This document shows, piece by piece, positions 33,482 through 38,155 of a DNA stretch of 38,155 nucleotides. Origin of the DNA: a virus (taxonomy: Duplodnaviria > Caudoviricetes). How positions within the stretch are numbered: position 1 is the stretch's first letter; every line of letters begins with the position of its first letter. Location of the stretch: positions 1-38,155 of IMG/VR virus record IMGVR_UViG_3300022173_000059. The stretch is one strand, 5' to 3'. The notes beneath the pieces were generated by a model. That model saw only the letters and a program-made list of their open reading frames with translations. It was not told where the DNA came from and made no database searches. The translations under genes were made by a program, and so were the position numbers.

Positions 33482-34121
33482 ACATCACGTCAGCGATGCA
33501 CTTCCTGAGAACGTCGCGCTTCATGGCGTACCCCTCTGGCTTGGTCGGGTGAATGCCATCCTCAAGAGGCACCCGTGGTTGAGCGCAGAAGTAAACCCCC
33601 TTGTGGGTGGCCAGAGCTTTCATCGCGGCGCGCCGTTCCTCGAAAGCGGCCACGTCGAACTTGATCGCAGCCATCAAAGGCGTCTCAGTCTCGCCGGCCG
33701 GGTTCGGCTCTTCGAGAATCACGATCTTCCCGGCCTTTTGAGCGACCGTCACCATCTCGCGCAAATTGGCTTTGTAAACCTCCAGCGGATAACCTCGATC
33801 ATTGATGCCGTGGTTTATGACGATGATCTTGGTGGGTTCAGCGCGCATCATTTCGGGCCATGGGTAGTTCACCCCGTCCGTGCCGGCCAGAAGCTGCGCG
33901 GTGTTAGTCCCGCTCACCCCACGGTTGTAGACCTTGGCCCCGGGTGCGCTGGCCGCGTGTGGCTGGCCTTGAGCAGCTTGGGTGCTGTCGCCGTAGGCTG
34001 AAATCAGATACTGGTCAGGAATCGGCATGTTCGACTCCGTCGGCGCAACCGAAGACCCACCCCCGCCACAAGCGGAAAGCAGGACTGCGAGAGAGATTGA
34101 AAGAAGAATTTTGCCTGTCAT
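33480..34121 (-). CDS. SGNH/GDSL hydrolase lipoprotein
   Basis: LLSAC lipobox. GDST, GVSG, GIND and DGIHP match SGNH blocks I, II, III and V. Confidence 0.88.
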   Translation of the reverse strand: MTGKILLSISLAVLLSACGGGGSSVAPTESNMPIPDQYLISAYGDSTQAAQGQPHAASAPGAKVYNRGVSGTNTAQLLAGTDGVNYPWPEMMRAEPTKIIVINHGINDRGYPLEVYKANLREMVTVAQKAGKIVILEEPNPAGETETPLMAAIKFDVAAFEERRAAMKALATHKGVYFCAQPRVPLEDGIHPTKPEGYAMKRDVLRKCIADVM

Positions 34122-34152
34122 GATGATCCTTGGTTTATTGCTAACGGATGCC

Positions 34153-34161
34153 AGTATATCA
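34153..34161 (-). promoter_or_regulatory. Extended -10 promoter of the SGNH gene
   Basis: TG-A-TATACT about 30 nt upstream of the ATG. Confidence 0.5.
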
Positions 34162-34258
34162 CCAAGGAATATTCATGCTGTGACTTTTTACGCCTAGACC
34201 GCCTGCTCTTTCCAGCGGTCGCGCTTCTCGCCCCGATCTCGCGCGCGTCTTGAGGTGT

Positions 34259-34654
34259 TCATGGTTCCTCCGCGCGAAGGTGGGTTCTAAGATGCTCAGC
34301 TAGTTTCTTGTCGGCTTCTGTGCGCAACTGGTGCGGCGACTTTCCGCCCGGGCGAACCACCGTCACAACGATAGGCCCCATCCGCGAAGAAAATGTGCAT
34401 TCGATGTAGTTCTTCGCATCGGGGTATCGCTCGAACATGCCGAGAAACATTCCGGCCATGAGTTGCGGGCCAGCGCCCTGCATCTCCATGTCGATAGAAC
34501 CGTTGCCGATGTTCATGCCCGTCAACAATGGGTCGGTGATCGTCGCCATCAGCTTGGCGTTTTCCTCGCGGAGTTGCCGAGCAGTAGCCCACGGGTTGAG
34601 CAGCGACACGGCGGCGAGCTTCGTGCGCAAAAGCCAGTATCGAAGTTTGCTCAC
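34259..34654 (-). CDS. Hypothetical phage protein
   Basis: GTG at 34654 overlaps the upstream stop. AKNYIE...GKSPHQLR pattern. Confidence 0.65.
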   Translation of the reverse strand: MSKLRYWLLRTKLAAVSLLNPWATARQLREENAKLMATITDPLLTGMNIGNGSIDMEMQGAGPQLMAGMFLGMFERYPDAKNYIECTFSSRMGPIVVTVVRPGGKSPHQLRTEADKKLAEHLRTHLRAEEP

Positions 34655-34911
34655 GTCCGTTCTCCCAAAGCTCGAATAGCAGCGGCGCAATGATCTACAG
34701 CGCGGTCATATGCATCGTCGGCGCCGTCTTGCGGGTCTTCAAGATGTTCGGCTAGTGCGACCTTCGCGCATTCCTCTCTCGTTCGTGCCACAGCGCGAGC
34801 TTCGATGAGAGCGGCGAAGCGTCGGAGAAATTCCACGTCCTTCTTTGGCGTGGTGGACAGCTCCGGCCAAGCGCCGGCTTTCCTTGCCATCGCTATCAGG
34901 TCTTCTGTCAT
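34651..34911 (-). CDS. Hypothetical phage protein
   Basis: MTEDLIAMARKAG...REECAKV...CAAAIRA pattern. GGAG RBS. Confidence 0.7.
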   Translation of the reverse strand: MTEDLIAMARKAGAWPELSTTPKKDVEFLRRFAALIEARAVARTREECAKVALAEHLEDPQDGADDAYDRAVDHCAAAIRALGERT

Positions 34912-35216
34912 GGCTGGCTCTCCGGTGTTTGAGGGGCGGAACGCGATTGCCTGCCAAGCTCTCGCGCTTCCTGCATGTCGGTCTTGTACTTGCACCAGCG
35001 AAGCCCTCCAATTTCTTCGAATCGCTTGCCTTGCCGATACCATGCGTTGATGTGGTTCCAAACATGGTCAGTGGGCTTCGGGTCGTTCAAGCCGTCGCCC
35101 TTCTTATTCGTGAACATCGGGCCGCAATACGGGTGATCCTCGAAGTAGTAGAGCTTCCCGGCGCTGATGGCGTAGGTCGGCCCGCCTATGCTCATGTGGA
35201 TCAGGTCGATGCTCAT
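34908..35216 (-). CDS. Hypothetical phage protein
   Basis: FEDHPYCGP motif, ATGA overlaps. Confidence 0.7.
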   Translation of the reverse strand: MSIDLIHMSIGGPTYAISAGKLYYFEDHPYCGPMFTNKKGDGLNDPKPTDHVWNHINAWYRQGKRFEEIGGLRWCKYKTDMQEARELGRQSRSAPQTPESQP

Positions 35217-35659
35217 CCCTTGCTCCCTTGTTCAGGAGTGGGAGGAGAGACGGCAAGCATCGCGCGGTACAGATCGCTTGCAAATGCTGGACCGTCCGTG
35301 ATCCTTGCGCCTTCATCAATCAGGGCAACGGCGCACATCTCTGGCGTGGGTTCGGCAGGAACGAGTTTCCAAGCGCCACGAAGCGAAGACGTTGGAGTCT
35401 TCAGGAAATCAATCACTTGATATGCAGCGCCAGGGCCGATTAGCGCTGACAATGCCGCCGACTCGCTCGCTGAAGGCTTCCACCCTTGCGGAGTGCTGGG
35501 GTGGGAGAGGGCGGCACGGGCTTGCCAGCCATACCAGATCGATTGAACGTGCGGATGGTGGTAGGTTTCCCGGCCCCAGCCATCAGCCGACTTTGTGAAG
35601 TCAAGGCCTTTAAGCTCCGCCTCGAAAAGATCACGCTCGCTCTGTTGTTCAGCTTGCAT
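35213..35659 (-). CDS. Mosaic hypothetical phage protein
   Basis: ERDLFE...WYGWQARAA and WKLVPAEPTPEM...YRAMLA modules. Confidence 0.7.
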   Translation of the reverse strand: MQAEQQSERDLFEAELKGLDFTKSADGWGRETYHHPHVQSIWYGWQARAALSHPSTPQGWKPSASESAALSALIGPGAAYQVIDFLKTPTSSLRGAWKLVPAEPTPEMCAVALIDEGARITDGPAFASDLYRAMLAVSPPTPEQGSKG

Positions 35660-35873
35660 TGCTGCTCTCTCCTTGGTGTTTGGCGCGTTTCTCGACCATG
35701 AAGCGCTTGAGCAAAACGGCCAGCATGTTGAAGACCATGGATTGCAACTTGCCTCGTTTTTTGTTGACGATGCTTTCGCACTCAGGACAGATCGCCTTGA
35801 TGTCGTCGGTCTGATACGACTCAAGAAGGTCGGCCAGAGGCGTTCCGGTCTTCCCGCAAATATCACAGGCCAT
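35649..35873 (-). CDS. Small zinc-finger protein
   Basis: MACDICGK...ICPEC. Confidence 0.7.
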   Translation of the reverse strand: MACDICGKTGTPLADLLESYQTDDIKAICPECESIVNKKRGKLQSMVFNMLAVLLKRFMVEKRAKHQGESSNAS

Positions 35874-36165
35874 TGCTGCTCTCCAATCGTTTGCGCAGGG
35901 CGGTGATGGCGGCATGGCAGTCCGCGTAGCTGGACTGATCCTCGGAGAACCAGTTCTGAGCGTGCTCCAGCGCCTCGGCGGCGGTCCGCATCAACGCTTC
36001 GTCGGCCTCGATGCGGGAGTGCTGGTGGCGGAGTTCGGCGGCAGCTCTTGCGTACTGGCTCGCCTTCCTCGTTTCCTGCCCGATCATCTGATCAAGCTTC
36101 AGAAGCGACTCGGCAGACCGCTCGAATTGCCCCGCCAACCTCAGCGCTTCAGGTTGGTCGCTCAT
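35863..36165 (-). CDS. Hypothetical phage protein
   Basis: MSDQPEALRLA...AAAELR pattern. Confidence 0.7.
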   Translation of the reverse strand: MSDQPEALRLAGQFERSAESLLKLDQMIGQETRKASQYARAAAELRHQHSRIEADEALMRTAAEALEHAQNWFSEDQSSYADCHAAITALRKRLESSNGL

Positions 36166-36686
36166 GTGCTTTCCTTGGTGACGATTCCGGCGCAGAAGGT
36201 GAAGTGCTTTGACTCCGCCTCAGCCCGGGCGCGGATTGCGTCCGCCTTGTCTTTGAAATAGCCGATATGCCGACGCCGCTTGTTGCTGTAGATGTAGGCT
36301 TCCCACTTTTGTTGCCGGACATAGAAGCTGACGCCGCGAGTTCCGGAGGTGTTGCAACGAGGAGGATTTATGTTCTCGTTGTTCTGCTTTCTGGTGGCAA
36401 GCCGCAAATTAGCAAACCTGTTGTCATCTCGTACACGGTTCTCATGGTCGACTTCCATCTCCCTGGGGTCTTCGCCCGTCATGTAGAGCCATGCCAATCG
36501 AGAGGCTTTGAACCGAGCCCCGTCTATGCTGATGTGCGCATAGCCCTTGGCGTTGACGCCTCCAGCCGTATCACCTGCGGTGACGGCATTTGAAGCGGGT
36601 GCTATCCAGGTGAAAACTCCAGTGGCCGGGTCGTAGGCGAGGACATCGCGCAACCGCTGTAGTGACGGCAGTGGTTTTGCGATCAT
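36162..36686 (-). CDS. HNH homing endonuclease with AP2-like domain
   Basis: YDPATGVFTW, RLAWLYMTG, VDHENRVRDDNRFANLR and NTSGTRGV motifs. Confidence 0.9.
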   Translation of the reverse strand: MIAKPLPSLQRLRDVLAYDPATGVFTWIAPASNAVTAGDTAGGVNAKGYAHISIDGARFKASRLAWLYMTGEDPREMEVDHENRVRDDNRFANLRLATRKQNNENINPPRCNTSGTRGVSFYVRQQKWEAYIYSNKRRRHIGYFKDKADAIRARAEAESKHFTFCAGIVTKEST

Positions 36687-37345
36687 TCGTCTACCCCAAT
36701 CCCATGGGCGCGCTCGACCGCATCAATGATGTCGCCAACGGTGTAGTTGCGGTTCTCCTTACGCCACATCTTCGTGATCGTGCTGCGCATTTCGTCCGTC
36801 AACGGCTCTCGCGTGTCTGCTGGAGAGGATGCGCGGAGGGCTGCGAAAGGCTGGTGTACGAGAACGGAGCGGGTGAATTGGCGCAACTCATCTTCGCCAG
36901 CCAAGATGGAACTCAAGCCGGAATAGGCGCAGTTCCCGATCAACTCGTCCAAGACGGCATCGTCGATACCTGCCTCGTTGAGCGCCAACTCTTCCGCGTC
37001 CACCCACGGCATGCCGGCTTTCTCGTGAAGCTCGATTGCCCTGGACAAAAGAGGTGCCGCCCCTTCTGAGGCTTGAGCCGGTGCTGTGGGTGGAGTGGGG
37101 GCGGCGGCCCGGTTCAACTGCATGCTGCGTTGGCCCATGCGGTAACCGATTTCCTCGCCGCGTTGGTAGTTCACGTCTGCAATGCGTTCGGCCTCTTCGG
37201 CGGGGATAGCCGCCAGGGCGCGGGCGGAGGCTTCGAGTTCAGCGCGCAATTCGACAGCCCGGGCGAACTCGTTCCACCGGAACGCTTCGGCGTATTTGTC
37301 TACCAGCGCCATCCACGCATCGACAGGGGTTTGGGTTGTGGTCAT
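36683..37345 (-). CDS. Hypothetical protein
   Basis: 220-aa mosaic ORF with ATGA overlaps. Confidence 0.65.
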   Translation of the reverse strand: MTTTQTPVDAWMALVDKYAEAFRWNEFARAVELRAELEASARALAAIPAEEAERIADVNYQRGEEIGYRMGQRSMQLNRAAAPTPPTAPAQASEGAAPLLSRAIELHEKAGMPWVDAEELALNEAGIDDAVLDELIGNCAYSGLSSILAGEDELRQFTRSVLVHQPFAALRASSPADTREPLTDEMRSTITKMWRKENRNYTVGDIIDAVERAHGIGVDE

Positions 37346-37563
37346 GACGGCGTCCAATCAAGTAGTACGCCGGCGCACATTGGACGGTCCTCGCCGAAGC
37401 GCTCCATGCTGTGGTGGTCCGCGTCGATGAACAGCAGGCCCATTGCCTTGCCTGCATAGGCAATGCCAGAACGCCACCCGTCCAGCCGCGCTTCGGCAAT
37501 GTCGTGTTCGCGCTGCGTCTTGGCATCGTTCACTGCGTCGATGAGATCGGTATGCACGCTCAT
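37342..37563 (-). CDS. Hypothetical protein
   Basis: 73 aa, ATGA overlaps. Confidence 0.65.
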   Translation of the reverse strand: MSVHTDLIDAVNDAKTQREHDIAEARLDGWRSGIAYAGKAMGLLFIDADHHSMERFGEDRPMCAGVLLDWTPS

Positions 37564-38155
37564 TTCTGATTCACCTCATCCCCACGGGCTGCGCGCAGCA
37601 CCGCTCTGGCGTGGTCCCGCATGACATCGCGCCCGTGTCCCGGCATTTCCTTCCATGGATAGCCCATGCACTCGGCCAGCTTCATGGCTGCGGCTTCGAT
37701 GTTGCCCTGCCCCGCTGGTGCGGGTGTGGTGACGGAGAAATCGGAAAGCGCCTCGCTCATAACTTTTGCGGTGAACCCTGACGCTCGCTCCAACTTCTCA
37801 TTGACTATGTTGGTGAGGCTCAACATAGCGCTGCGGCCATCTGGTGCATCAAAGTGAACCCACACCACACCGGAGGCATCTTTGCGCAAACTCAGCGCCT
37901 CCCGTGCTGGTGGTGCGACAGGCTTGCTGGCGAGGGCGGCGTCCCGGCACTTTGTGCAGATCACGATCCCGGGCAACTCGGCATGCTTGATGGCGATCGA
38001 TTCTGGCAACTGGCCGCAGCACAGGCACGAAGGCGCAGTCATCGGCCCCAGCGCGTGTTTGGTGTGGAAAAGGCTCAACGCAGGGAAGTCCGCGATCATG
38101 CGGGCATGGGACTCCCGCTCTCCCGCATTGCTGGCCGTGGTCTGGGTGGCGCAGT
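37560..38155 (-). CDS. C-terminal part of the origin-spanning Lar/zinc-finger protein
   Basis: In frame with 1..794 (Met 38099 equals position 71, and 794-71 = 241 codons). Contains CLCC...CTKC. Confidence 0.8.
   Translation of the reverse strand, partial: CATQTTASNAGERESHARMIADFPALSLFHTKHALGPMTAPSCLCCGQLPESIAIKHAELPGIVICTKCRDAALASKPVAPPAREALSLRKDASGVVWVHFDAPDGRSAMLSLTNIVNEKLERASGFTAKVMSEALSDFSVTTPAPAGQGNIEAAAMKLAECMGYPWKEMPGHGRDVMRDHARAVLRAARGDEVNQK
38029..38155. repeat. Terminal direct repeat, right copy
   Basis: Identical to 1-127. Confidence 0.95.

Noticed and set aside
34194-34262. 22-codon ORF MNTSRRARDRGEKRDRWKEQAV at the end of the early operon
   Set aside because: Too short to support. 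It may be a remnant, but shows no recognisable integrase or excisionase similarity.
38029-38155. 127-bp terminal repeat as a biological DTR or att site
   Set aside because: It falls mid-gene and its length equals a common assembler k-mer, so it is best explained as circular overlap.

Overview
This window is a complete, circularly assembled genome of a P22-like podovirus. It has 38,028 unique bp, and bases 1-127 repeat exactly at 38029-38155. The host is probably betaproteobacterial (inference from gene families). The late module is intact: terS, terL, portal, scaffold, P22-type coat, gp4/gp10-like tail, three ejection proteins, tail fibre, holin, lysozyme and Rz/Rz1. The early region carries ERF plus an exonuclease, RuvC-like and DUF1364 nucleases, an XRE regulator, two HNH-AP2 endonucleases and many small ORFs. 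I could not recognise an integrase, CI-type repressor, helicase, primase or polymerase. The most notable observations are: (1) an 82-aa ORF just before terS whose C-terminal part is a diverged copy of the major capsid N-terminus; (2) just upstream of it, a tRNA-shaped RNA with kissing loops, an encoded ACCA end and an 83-nt insert; (3) a ~550-bp structured non-coding control region with a CI/c4-like attenuator, upstream of a replication-initiator C-terminal domain that lacks a DNA-binding domain; (4) a Mom-family DNA modification gene flanked by 24-bp direct repeats; (5) an origin-spanning 420-aa Lar/multi-zinc-finger protein missed by the ORF track; (6) candidate superinfection-exclusion morons. 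All calls come from motif reading by eye; no searches were run.
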